Shown here one piece after another: positions 9,831 to 22,412 of a DNA stretch of 43,549 bases. The stretch covers positions 38,481,877 to 38,525,425 of the forward strand of contig NC_068994.1 of the NCBI RefSeq assembly GCF_001194135.2, read 5' to 3'. Within the stretch, counting starts at the first letter, position 1. The number at the start of each line of letters is the position of its first letter. Below the pieces are notes generated by a model, which saw nothing but the letters and a program-made list of their open reading frames with translations, did no database searches and was not told the origin of the DNA. This DNA is from Octopus bimaculoides (Eukaryota). The position numbers and the translations under genes are program-made.

Positions 9831-10139
9831 TATAAAATTTCTAAACATTATACTCTGAAATATTTCTAACTAAACATGAATATTAATATACATTATAATA
9901 AGTCGTTTATACTTTCATAAAAAAATATACTTTGTAATATAATAATTTTACCTTTATATATGATAATCAAATTAAACTCCTTTATGTGATAAGTTGAAAA
10001 AGAGCATGAGTATTGAATGGCTAAATCCACTCTGGTAAAATTTGAACTCAGGACGCAAAGATCAAATAGTATCAGCTATTCAATCAGGCATCATACTGGT
10101 TCAACATCTTCCTACCATTGGTTTCTAAATGTTTTAGCA

Positions 10140-10462
10140 TTAATTATGTGGTGTAGATAGAGGAGACACCTGAGATAATGAAGGTACCATTGGTAGTGTT
10201 GTAACTTTAGGTACAGCTGGTAGAGGTGGTTTACAATTTGAAGTAAATTCACTTGTCATTGGTACTAAAGATGGTTGTTCGGTTATGTTAGATGTGGTCC
10301 TAGTTATAGTCAAAGGTATTTGGTCAGGATAACAGGAAGTGTTATTATCGACATTAGGTTGATAGTGATATCCATATTTGTTATCTCCCCTTGATCTGTT
10401 GAGTGTATGTGAAAGTTGATTTCTCCTATTCCATGTCTGATCACTTTGGTAACGACACAGAT
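10140..10462 (-). CDS. Protocadherin copy B, terminal coding exon
   Basis: Acceptor acttccag|AT at 10462. Hand translation DLCRYQSDQTWNRRNQL...KPPLPAVPKV...PLSTPHN is open to TAA at 10142-10140. 323 nt. Confidence 0.9.
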
Positions 10463-11544
10463 CTGGAAGTATATGGATTCATAAATTATCGTATTTAAAT
10501 TCAGTTAGAGACGAATTGAAGCAAAAATTTTTAATCAAATATTTAGAAACTGAAACATTAAATATCCATACACTTAAAAAGAAATATATATGCATATCCT
10601 TTACTTAAACATTTGTCCAACTCATTTATCTCTAGGAACCATATACACAAAAACATGGTTTTAATTCCACTTCCAAAATATAAATACAAAGACTCCCAAA
10701 AGGTGCAAGTTTCAGTAAAGATTTCTGTTTATTTCCCTCTCTTTCTCTTCACAAACACAACTGTGTATGTATGTATACATATATTTATGTGGAGTAAACG
10801 TAAGGACAAGCAAGTTAGGCATGTCGGTATACAAAATATATTAAATACTTTTAATATAAACAATGTACATATGTTTACATATAAAAAGGTTCAACTTACA
10901 CAGAATAGAAATCATATCAGGAGTTACCAACCTACTCCTTAAAAAATACTACCTAAACCACCATTCCCTCTTCCTTCTGCCTCTACTACTATCACTAGCC
11001 TCATTAACCCCTAACACCGAAATTTATTTTCCCCTCCTTCTACTTTGTATCCAAATACCTCCCAACTCTTCCTTCTAATACACTTAGTTCTCCAAAAAAT
11101 CATTCTGTCTTTACTCTCCTTTCTGTCAACACCTCAAATGTAAAATTCTTTCCTGAAGACAGAGGCTGGTATTATCTCATGATGGAATAAATTTACAATC
11201 ATTATTTTGGATACCAAGGCCCAAGAAACAGCTGTTGGACACGTAAAACTTTTATTGAACCTCTTTAATTCCAGATGTCCTTTCTATTATATGTAAGCTG
11301 GACCATTTTATATGTAAACACATGTACATTTTTTTGTATTAAATGTATTCAATACTTTTTGTATATTAACTTGTCTAACTTGCTTGTCCTTATATTTACT
11401 CCTCTACCAGCCCAAGTTTAAATCTCTTGAGCATTACAAAGTGTATTCTATACAAAGAATATCTGTCTCTCAGCTATAAACCATATATTTATGTGTGTTT
11501 ATGCTATATCATCAACATCATTTAACGTCCATATTCTATGCTGT

Positions 11545-11660
11545 CATGTGTTGGCCAGTTTGTCAGGATCTGATGTGTCTAAAGGCTGCATCAAGGCTCA
11601 GTATTAGCTTTATCATGGTTTTACAGCTGGATGCTCTTACTAACACCAACCACTTTACAA
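11545..11660 (+). mobile_element. Degenerate repeat fragment (ttacagctggatgctcttactaacacc)
   Basis: Similar to the motif at ~1790-1820. Confidence 0.45.
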
Positions 11661-12170
11661 CATAGAACACACACACACACACATTAGAAATACTTTAGGA
11701 GTTAAGAAATGGAACCAATGTTATTTATTTTTATCTTTGTTGTGTTGCAGATAGAATATGGAATGTTACATTTAATGTACTAAATATATACATGTATATT
11801 TAATGTAATAGAACAAATTTTATAATTATAATGAATTTGTAATTATTTAAAAATATTAATATTTACAAATAATCTACTCATAAAAAAAATTAGCTCCAAC
11901 TTGTAGTGTAGATGTCTTAGATAGTAATGGAAGACAATGTAATCAAGACTTAGGATAAGGAAGTTGTGTTTGACAAAGACGAATTTGACTTTAATACAGT
12001 TGAGTCTTAAATTTAAATTTAAAAACTTGTTTGTGTATGTGTGTTTCATTTATAGAAAACCAAAACTGTTCATTTCCTTGACTATGTAGGTATCTCACTA
12101 TAGTACGATATTTATGTTAATACATTATCAGACTTCTGTATTAGAGGAATATTTATTGTTCCTAACTTAC

Positions 12171-12321
12171 CTGGCAGTTCCTCATAGTGTCCAGCACTGC
12201 CGACAATCCATCCATGACCTCTATCTGTGCGAGATGACAACGTTGACATCTCACTGAATTGGTCAGTATTGTTTAGTTCTCTGTAACCTGGAGACATGCT
12301 TTCCTCTCTTGGAACAAACAT
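12171..12321 (-). CDS. Protocadherin copy B, 151-nt cytoplasmic exon
   Basis: ttttag|ATG acceptor, CCAG|gtaagt donor. MFVPREES...GHYEELP. Confidence 0.9.
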
Positions 12322-12622
12322 CTAAAAACAGTTAGATAAATACCTTTTATACCTCAATATTCGATCATGAAACATTTCCACATTGCCAGTTATATTGCTA
12401 CATAATTTATATTTTAGACAGTAATATTCTACAATTCATCATGTGATATAGTACAGAAAATTAAACAGCATATTAGTATTTTCGTTATTGAGAATGATAC
12501 TGATCAATTAGGAATATATTTACTGATTGCGCATACAGAGGTTCATTAATTTTGGCAGTTACATCAATTTTATCATTAAGAATAGAATTTTGAAATGTTA
12601 AATTAAATAACGAGTATCTCAC

Positions 12623-14928
12623 CTCTTGATGTCCTCTCAAAGTCAGCTCATTCCATCTAACACCTGGCATGGTTCTGCAGTGAATATCTTCTCTGTTTAC
12701 CACTGGTTGTTGAGATTTCTTCACATTTCTCTCCAATGTGTACTGAACCCCAGGAGGAACACAGGTAGGGTCAAATGTATATTTTGATTGTATATTTAAT
12801 GTAGGTGTAACCTTGTGGTACATATCAACACTACTATCATAGTTGCTATCTGTCTGCTTCAGTCTATGAACTATACAGATTGATATAGAGATCACTATAA
12901 CAACTGATACTATCACAGCTGCTATAACAATAACAATCATCACATTCAATTGGAGACCATTACTTGATTCTGTTGNNNNNNNNNNNNNNNNNNNNNNNNN
13001 NNNNNNNNNNNNNNNNNNNNNNNNNNNNNNNNNNNNNNNNNNNNNNNNNNNNNNNNNNNNNNNNNNNNNNNNNNNNNNNNNNNNNNNNNNNNNNNNNNNN
13101 NNNNNNNNNNNNNNNNNNNNNNNNNNNNNNNNNNNNNNNNNNNNNNNNNNNNNNNNNNNNNNNNNNNNNNNNNNNNNNNNNNNNNNNNNNNNNNNNNNNN
13201 NNNAAGACTGAAAGGGTTAACATTAGGGAAACTGAAATAGGGAGCATTATCATTTAAATCCATAACCTCAACAAGAATATTTGCTGTGTTCTCCAGTGAT
13301 GGTGTTCCTTTATCTTTTACTAAAACCTTAAACTCATACATGTTCTTTTCTTCTCTGTCTAGTGCCTCAGTTGTGGAAATAAATCCCACATCAGATATCT
13401 GAAATGGTAGAATATCTTTTCCATTAGATAACAAAGAATAGGTTAATTGTCCTCCATCTCCAATATCTGGGTCTGTAGCATTGACATATCCAACAGGGAA
13501 GTCTTTGTGTTCATTTTCATAGGTGAGAAACTTAAATATGTCCTGAGTAAATTGAGGTTGTACGTCATTTATATCAGTGACCAGCATAGAAAACTGTTTC
13601 TCTACTTTCAATGGAGGTAAACCATTATCTTGACATTTAATGGTGAATTTAAATCTCTTCTCACTTTCTCTATCTATTTCACTTTTTACAACAACTTTGT
13701 ATTTCTTTTCAGACATTGAGATTAGTTGAAGATATCTATCTTGTAAATGACACTTCACTTGTCCATTTACTCCATTGTCATTGTCAATAACTTTGACATA
13801 AGCAACAAAGTTGTGAATTTGAGTTGCTTCTGAGATGATGGCAGTGTTTCCAGTTGACTTTAAAACAAATCTAACATGAAATTTTGGTGGATTATTAAGA
13901 TGACTGATCCCACTTATTAGAACAGTGACAACAGAGGTCATTGGTGGTTTACCATTATCACTGGCTTCAATAAATAGTTCATACATTTTACCAAAACTAA
14001 ATTCTTTCTTCAAAAATAACTCTCCTGTTGTTTCATCTAATTGAAAACATTTTTTTACCCTAGATGGTGTTTTGGAATTAAAGGCGAAAGAGATTCTCCC
14101 ATTTTCCCCTGTATCTAAATCTGTAGCAGACAATTTTAAAACAGGTTTGTTCACCTGGTATGTATCATTCAAAGTGACATTATAGATATTCTGGGAGAAC
14201 ACAGGGGAATTATCATTTTTATCTCCCACCAATATCTTTATGTCCAGTATACCTTGTTTTGGTGGAGTTCCCCCATCCAAGGCAATTAACTGAAATTTAT
14301 AAATATCTTTTACTTCACGGTCCAAGTTACCTTCTAAAGTAAGTTGTAACAAATCACTTCCATCCAATTTCTTAGATACAAATAACTGGAATGGAATATC
14401 TTCATCATATTTGAGTTGATAAATGAGTTTAGAATTCTGATTGCTAATATCACTATCAATAGCATTTGGAATTATTTCTTTGATTCCTTTTGTCACACTT
14501 TCATCAAACTGTATATGAAATTCCTTGTTTGGAAATATAGGATAATTATCATTGATATCTTCTATCATAACTTTGATTTCTAATATCTTAATAAAAGAAT
14601 GGCTATTTTGAACTGCTATTTCCAATATCCTGAAGCATTCCACATTATATTGACACATAGTTTCTGCATCCAATATGGCAGCTGTATACAGTTGTCCTCC
14701 TGACGTAACATTAAATAACTGAACAGTTCCATCAGTGCTACCCTGGAGTACATTAAATGTCAGTCTGTTGCCATCATCCGAAAATGGTACATTATCCAAT
14801 AAGTGTGTATCAGTAGCAATATCACCAATATAGCTGTGTATATCATTGTTCTCTTTTACATGGTAGATATGATCCACACACCAGCAACGATCAGCCATCA
14901 ACAACAAAACCAATATCACTGGAAACAT
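12623..14928 (-). CDS. Protocadherin copy B, large exon (gap 12976-13203 removes most of EC6)
   Basis: MFPVILV signal peptide, cadherin repeats, TM identical to copy A. Acceptor tgtttcag| at 14935, donor GAG|gtgag at 12623. The frame change occurs only across the N-gap. Confidence 0.93.
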
Positions 14929-15163
14929 TTTCAATCTGAAACAGAATTGAAAATTGATACTTAAAAATGTGAATTTAATAAATATAGTAAAGTAGTTAGT
15001 CCTTATAATCTCAATGTGGTTTAGGATTACGTTTATCAAAGTTGCATATACCATTCTCTCTTATGTAGCTGGCTGATAGTCAAAAAGCAATATCTAACAT
15101 AATTTCAGCAACCAGAAACATTATCCTAATTATATACTATCATTATTAACTTGAATTATGGCT

Positions 15164-15297
<134 letters not shown>

Positions 15298-15524
15298 GAC
15301 AAGATTGAGAATGTTGGAAAGATATAATAAATTTTAAAGAATGTAATTGTGATATGGTTGTTAAAATAAAAAACAGTATTTGTTTTCTTTTGAAACATCC
15401 AGTTTTAATATTTGTTGAAAATGTATAAAGGATAGAAAGATAAAAACCTTAAAACAATAACTTTGCTGTACAGGAAGTACAACAACGTTAATTTTTGTAA
15501 ATACCTATAGTGGAATTATTAAGA

Positions 15525-15745
15525 GTTACTGTTGCAGTTTAGCCCCAGGTCAGCAAGAACGAACAGACCTATGATCCAAACGTTCAAGCTTTTTGAAAAT
15601 TTGAAAAATACACCATGTTACGTGACATTCTGTTTCTCAAGACTTCAGGATATGATTCGAGGGAGGTTTGGCTGTCATCTTTAACAGGTCAATCAACATC
15701 CTAAACAACTTCCTCATTAGTGCGTTAAGAGTAACCTCCCTTCTG
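15525..15745 (+). mobile_element. Interspersed repeat in intron 1 of copy B
   Basis: agccccaggtcagc...cagacctatgatc...gagggaggtttggctgtc...aacaggtcaa. Close homologue at 40410-40660. Confidence 0.6.
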
Positions 15746-16217
15746 AATAAATCCTACGCAATCGTTCATTCATAAAATGAAGCAGTTTAAAGAAAATAGA
15801 ATATTGTGCATTTCACAATATTGAGCAAAAAGTTCGTTAAGAATTCAACTATTATAATCTACATCCTGTCATTGTCATCATTATATCCTATCGTTATTAA
15901 CTTAAACTATTGGATGACAAGACTGAGAATACTGAAGAAAGAAATAAGTATTAAAAAAATGTAATTGTTATAGAGCTATAAAATAACAATAAACAGTTTT
16001 TGTGTTCTTTTGAAACGTCCAAGCTTCAATATTTGTAGAAGATGTAATGGAAATAATTAAGTAAAAGACGTTTGAAAATGACATTGTTATACAGGAAGTA
16101 CTAATCTGACTTATACATTGATGTAGTATTTCCAGGATTGTAGGTTACTGGTAGAGAGATGAACAAATATCTGAAGAACCAATTTACACAACAAAATAAC
16201 TTTTAATAAATACTTAC

Positions 16218-16295
16218 CAACAGATGTCTATACAGTTCTTAATGAACTTTTTCAGTGTTCTGGCAACACAAAGTTGTAATAGTGGCAGTAGTTCT
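16218..16295 (-). other. Predicted non-coding first exon of copy B
   Basis: Donor TTG|gtaagt at 16218/16217. TCAGA initiator-like motif at 16295. No ATG. Confidence 0.6.
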
Positions 16296-16322
16296 GAGTA
16301 GTTTGGTATGTAACAGTGTTAT

Positions 16323-16472
16323 GTAGTTCTATCAGGTTGGTTGTGTAGTGTTTAATGTGTGTTGTAGCCAATGACAAGTTGTCTATTATTCCAATGCAAG
16401 GAAACGGAAATACAGCCTCCAGTTCTTGCAGTAAATGATGGGCTGACTCACAAAATAATTTACTGAAACACA
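16323..16472 (-). promoter_or_regulatory. Conserved promoter block of copy B
   Basis: AGCCAATGAC 16366, GGAAACGGAAAT, TGACTCA 16444-16450, with the same spacing as in A. Confidence 0.7.
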
Positions 16473-17918
16473 CTCATGTATAGATACATATATACATACA
16501 TGTGTGTGGTGAGAAGGTACCCAACTAAATGTATGGAAATATTAATAATGTTTAAAGCAATGAAATATAAAATTAAAGTATGTTAAAAATAAATTATATT
16601 TCTATTTTAATGAATAAAAGTTATTTTCTAACTCCAGTCAAAGTTGCAAAAGTTTTTATCATAGATTTCCCTTTGGTTTTACAAAATTATCTGCTTGAGG
16701 AATCCTTAGTAAATGTTATTAGATAATACTTTAATAAGTTACTTTCATTATAAAATTGTTGAACTCATTTGAAAATACGAAATTATGGCTACAAATAATT
16801 GTGTTCAATAATGATTAGAAAATGGGCACTTATTTCTAATGTTCCTAGTAGAGAACTAAAAGTTTTGAAATGGAAATATGCCTATGGAGTTTTCACATTT
16901 GAGATTTAACATAATTATTAAAATTGAAGCCTATTCATTAAAAGATCTCAATTCATTTCTGATACATTCCTATGTCATATAGCTAATTATTAAAAAATAA
17001 AATTTTTTATTCTTTTCTTTTCTTTTTTTGGAAACTCCCAGTTTCCTTAACTAATCAATAATGCATATTCCTTATGTTGTTTAGAAATGGTAAACTATTG
17101 CTGAAAATTTAGAAACACTAATGTATATTGTATATTTTGATAATATATCAAAAACCTTTTTAAAAAGGGGAAATACCATTGCTTTTCCTGTACTTAAATG
17201 AAAGTGAATCTATTTGTGGTAGGGTAATTTCAATTCTTGGCCTGTCTGCAATAGTTTTTATGAAAATGCCCAGAAAGTATAATGGATAGATGTGTTATGT
17301 ATTTTTGTATGGCTTCACTATGTATATCCAGATAGCTTAAGTAAATATACTCCGATAGCTTCCAGAACACAAATGGTTATAAGTTCCACACGGAAACCTT
17401 GCTAGATATCAACTGGTAGTTTGGGAGGATATTTCACTCTTAAATGTACCAGTCACTCAAGATATTTTGATAATTCCATTATATTTCCTTTTTGTTATTT
17501 CTTGGAGTCAATTAAAGATCAAATTTGAAGAAAGTCATCTAATCTGATGGACCATTTATTTAAGGTTTATAACATTAGTATTATATAATTCCGGTAATAC
17601 AAACTCTGAAGTATTTCTTGACCAAGCATTATTGAAATACATTATGATTATTTTTTTTTTATACTTTCATTCAAAATATTCATTGTAATATACAAACTGT
17701 TATATAAATTAAAGTTATTTTTGATATAGTTATTAATAAGATAGCTTAAATCATGCAAAAAAGTGAAGAAGACCCTGGCAAATGATTGGTAAGGTCATCT
17801 CTGGTGGGATATAATTTCAACTTAGTACTCAAACAAACATAAAATACTACCGAGTATTTAGTCACTCGGTGTACTTAGTTCTACATTTGTGAGCCATCTG
17901 TTTCTAAGTACTTTAGCA

Positions 17919-18436
17919 TTAGTTTTGTGGTGTAGATAATGNNNNNNNNNNNNNNNNNNNNNNNNNNNNNNNNNNNNNNNNNNNNNNNNNNNNNNNNNNN
18001 NNNNNNNNNNNNNNNNNNNNNNNNNNNNNNNNNNNNNNNNNNNNNNNNNNNNNNNNNNNNNNNNNNNNNNNNNNNNNNNNNNNNNNNNNNNNNNNNNNNN
18101 NNNNNNNNNNNNNNNNNNNNNNNNNNNNNNNNNNNNNNNNAGGTACCTGAGCTAATGAAGGTACCTTTGGTAGTGTTGCTACTATTGGTACGGTTGTTAG
18201 AGGTGGCTTAGAGTATGAAATAAAGGCACTTGTCATTGGTTCTGAAAAAGATTGTCCAGTTATGTCAGATGTGTTACCAGTTACAGTCAAGGGTGTTTGG
18301 TCATGATTGCAAAAAGTATTATTGTCAACGTTTGGATAAGGATGTCCATTATTGTTATTTCCCCTTGATCTGTTGATTGTGTATGGAAGTTGATTTCTTC
18401 TATTCCATGTGTGATCACTTTGATAACGACACAAAT
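17919..18436 (-). CDS. Protocadherin copy C, terminal coding exon (contains an apparently spurious 199-N gap, 17942-18140)
   Basis: Acceptor atttccag|AT at 18436, TAA at 17921-17919. Near-identical to the copy D exon, where only 1 base lies between the gap flanks. Confidence 0.88.
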
Positions 18437-18994
18437 CTGGAAATATATCAATTTAAAGGTTACCTTGTTTAAATTTGTTTTTTGTTTTTTTTTTGGCCTG
18501 TGGAATAGAAGCAAAGTTTCTTATATACGGTTTTCAAAATAAGAAAAAAAAATCTGTACATTTTAACAACTACAAAAATATAATAAATACTACCACATTG
18601 CTATGCAGATATGAAGGTGTACAAAAAAACATTTGGTTTCACATCTTAAAAAGAAAAAAATGTTCCAAGTGTGGTAAAAGAATGATATTTATGGTTTTAG
18701 CAACAATCTTGTGTGTGTGCGTGTGAGTGTGCACACACACATAGTACTGAGTCATGCATACTTCTCTTCCATCTTCCTCTTTTTCTGACCCACAAGAACC
18801 CTCACAAAAAGAGACCAAGTGTATTAAGACTGAAAGAGGGATGAGCACCCCTAGATTTCAAACATCCAAGACACACTGTATCTCATTATGGTACACCTAC
18901 AACAACCTCAGAATTTCACTTTTATAAAAACAGAAAAATTTCCTTGCATGCAAAAATTATATACACCCATACATATATATGTATATGTGCACTA

Positions 18995-19200
18995 CAGGCA
19001 CTGACATGGCTGTATGGCAAAGAAATTCAATTTCCAGCCATATGGTTTTAGGTTTGGTCCTACAGCATGATACCAGGGCAAGTGATTTCTACTGTAGTTT
19101 CAAGCCAATCAAAGCCTCTTGTGTGTTAAATGGAAACTGAAACCAAAGACTGTTGCATATAAACGTGTGTGTGTGTTTGTGAGTTTCTGTTTTTTTAATG
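18995..19200 (+). mobile_element. Degenerate tRNA-derived SINE in intron 3 of copy C
   Basis: caggcactgacatggctgtatgg...cagggcaagtgatttctactgtag...tggaaactgaaa. Same family as 2407, at the equivalent position in D and E. Confidence 0.6.
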
Positions 19201-19508
19201 CCTCTTTGCTGTGAAATTATGTGGTAGTTGTCAATGACCTTCAGAATCACAAAAATGATTGTTTCCAATTTTTACAAAATAAACTTTTCAAGTCTCCAAG
19301 AAAGCTATATTGCTTGCATACAAGTGAAGATTAGTGATAGGAAGGACATCTGGTCATGAAAAATTATTAGCCTTCTTGAAAGCTGTTCAGCCAATCCAAG
19401 TATGGAAACATGAACAGTAGAACTAATGGTGATGGTAACTGACTGTATTAAAATACATAGGCAAATTATTAGACCGTAGTGTGGAAATATTCAGTATTTC
19501 TAACTTAC

Positions 19509-19659
19509 CTGGCAGTTCCTCATAGTGTCCAGCACTGCCAACACTCCAGCCATGACCACTATCAGTGAGAGATGACAATGTTGACATCTCAGAGAATTGG
19601 TCAGCACTATTTAGTTCTCTGTAACCTGGAGACATACTTTCTTCTCTTGGAACAAACAT
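19509..19659 (-). CDS. Protocadherin copy C, 151-nt cytoplasmic exon
   Basis: ttttag|ATG acceptor, CCAG|gtaagt donor. Contains TDSGHGWS and HYEELP. Confidence 0.9.
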
Positions 19660-19941
19660 CTAAAAACAGTAAATAGAACCACTCTATTCCATATTTCTAG
19701 TTTTATTTGTGTATTATTAGACATATAGGCAATGTTAATTATCATGTGACTTAGTATAAAATATTGAACAATAATTTAGAATCTTCATCATAGAAATTAG
19801 AATTGATCAAATGTGATTATCTTCATCTTTTGCATTTTGTAGCACTGCTTTGAAAGCTCTTAGTAAATTACTTCAAATCTCATTTTAATACTGGAATTTT
19901 GAAAGGTGAAATATTTTGAAATTAATGGAAAATTGTCTCAC

Positions 19942-22412
19942 CTGTTGNNNNNNNNNNNNNNNNNNNNNNNNNNNNNNNNNNNNNNNNNNNNNNNNNNNNN
20001 NNNNNNNNNNNNNNNNNNNNNNNNNNNNNNNNNNNNNNNNNNNNNNNNNNNNNNNNNNNNNNNNNNNNNNNNNNNNNNNNNNNNNNNNNNNNNNNNNNNN
20101 NNNNNNNNNNNNNNNNNNNNNNNNNNNNNNNNNNNNNNNNNNNNNNNNNNNNNNNNNNNNNNNNNNNNNNNNNNNNNNNNNNNNNNNNNNNNNNNNNNNN
20201 NNNNNNNNNNNNNNNNNNNNNNNNNNNNNNNNNNNNNNNNNNNNNNNNNNNNNNNNNNNNNNNNNNNNNNNNNNNNNNNNNNNNNNNNNNNNNNNNNNNN
20301 NNNNNNNNNNNNNNNNNNNNNNNNNNNNNNNNNNNNNNNNNNNNNNNNNNNNNNNNNNNNNNNNNNNNNNNNNNNNNNNNNNNNNNNNNNNNNNNNNNNN
20401 NNNNNNNNNNNNNNNNNNNNNNNNNNNNNNNNNNNNNNNNNNNNNNNNNNNNNNNNNNNNNNNNNNNNNNNNNNNNNNNNNNNNNNNNNNNNNNNNNNNN
20501 NNNNNNNNNNNNNNNNNNNNNNNNNNNNNNNNNNNNNNNNNNNNNNNNNNNNNNNNNNNNNNNNNNNNNNNNNNNNNNNNNNNNNNNNNNNNNNNNNNNN
20601 NNNNNNNNNNNNNGCATTGTGTTGACTATCTCTGTCAGAGGCCCTAACAACTGTGATATCATGGTCAGAGCGGGGATGGTAGTGGACATTAAGACTGAAA
20701 GGGTTAACATTAGGGAAACTGAAATAGGGAGCATTATCATTTAAATCCATAACCTCAACAACAACATTTACTGTGTTCTCCAGTGATGGTGTTCCTTTAT
20801 CTTTTACTAAAACCTTAAACTCATACATGTTCTTTTCTTCTCTGTCTAGTGACTTAGTTGTGGAAATAAATCCCACATCAGATATCTGAAATGGTAGAAT
20901 ATCTTTTCCATTAGATAATAGAGAATAGATTAATTGTCCTCCATCTCCAATATCTGGATCTGTAGCATTGACATATCCAACAGGGAAGTCTTTGTGTTCA
21001 TTTTCATAGGTGAGGAACTTAAATACGTCCTGACTAAATTGAGGTTGTACATCATTTATGTCAGTGACCAGCATTGAAAATTCTTTCTCTACTTTCAATG
21101 GAGGTAAACCATTATCTTGACATTTAATAGTGAAACTAAATCTCTTCTCACTCTCTCTATCCATTTCACTCTTGACAACAACTTTGTATTTCTTTTCAGA
21201 TATAGAGATGAGCTGCAGGTATCTATTTTGTAAGTGACACTTCACTTGTCCATTTACTCCATTGTCATTGTCAGTAACTTTGACATAAGCAACAAAACTG
21301 TGAATTTGAGTTGCTTCTGAGATGACTGCTGAGGTACCATTGGACTCTAAGACAAACTTGAAGTCAATGCTTGGTGGATTGTTAAGATAGCTGATTCCAT
21401 TTATTAGAATGAGAACTGTCGAAGACATTGAAGGAATACCATTATCTCTGGCTTCAACAAACAGATTATAAATTCTTCCTAACTGAAAATTTTGCTTCAG
21501 AAATAACTCTCCTGTTGCTTCATTTAATTTAAAGCAATCTTTTACAGTATTTGATGTCTTTGCATTGTTAAAAGCATAAGAAATTCTTCCATTTTCTCCT
21601 TCATCTAAGTCTGTGGCATACAGTCTTACAACAGGTTTATTTATCTTGTGTGTATCATTTATGGTGATATTATAAATCTTCTGAGAAAATACAGGAATGT
21701 TATCATTTTTATCTTTAACCAATATTTTTATATCTATTACACCTTCTTTTCGAGGAATTCCACCATCTTTGGCAATTAACTGAATATTGTAAACGTCTTT
21801 TGTTTCACGATCCAAGTTACCCTTCAAAACAAGTTGTAATAAACGAGTTCCATCTGATTTCTTAGATACAAGCAGCTCAAAGGGTATATCTACTTCTTCT
21901 TTGAGATGATAAGAAATCTTTGAATTCTCAATACTGACATCTTTATCAATGGCATTTGGAATAATATCTTTTGAACCTATTGAATTACTTTCATCAAACT
22001 CTATATAAAATTTCTTGTTAGGGAAAATGGGATAATTATCATTCATATCGTCTAACATAACTTTGATTTCCAATACTTTGATAAAAGAATGATCATATTG
22101 AACTGCTATTTCTAATATCCTGAAGCATTCCACATTATATAGACACAGGGCTTCTGCATCCAGTATGGCAGCTGTATATATTTGTCCTCCAGGTGTAACA
22201 TTAAATAAATGAATTCCTTGATCAATACTACCCTGGAGTATTTTAAATGTCAGTTTGTCCTGTGACTGCATATTACTCAGTAAGTGTGTATCAGTGACAA
22301 TATCTCCAATATAGCTGTGTATATTATTGTTCTCTTTCACACGGTAGATATGATCCACACACCAGCAGCTTTCAGCCATCAACAGCAAAACCAACAATTT
22401 CAATGGAAACAT
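19942..22412 (-). CDS. Protocadherin copy C, large exon (EC6, TM and juxtamembrane part in gap 19948-20613)
   Basis: Signal peptide MFPLKLLVLLLMAESCWC, EC1-EC5 motifs. Acceptor ttttgcag| at 22419, donor CAG|gtgag at 19942. Confidence 0.92.

Noticed and set aside
10380-10395. RGD tripeptide (SRGDN) in copies A, B and E
   Set aside because: It lies in the cytoplasmic tail, so it cannot act as an integrin ligand, and it is absent from C, D and F.
12946-13203. Frameshift or pseudogene call for copies B, C, D and E (split ORFs, premature stops such as SMNWN*)
   Set aside because: The frame changes occur only across N-gaps of estimated length. The sequenced parts are open with intact splice sites.
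17849-17870. Small hairpin accgagt-N8-actcggt in the 3'UTR of copy C
   Set aside because: The stem is only 7 bp, is disrupted in copy D and is absent from the other copies.
17942-18140. Apparent ~66-codon insertion in the tail of copy C
   Set aside because: It is all N, and in near-identical copy D the two flanks are separated by one base. The gap size is spurious.
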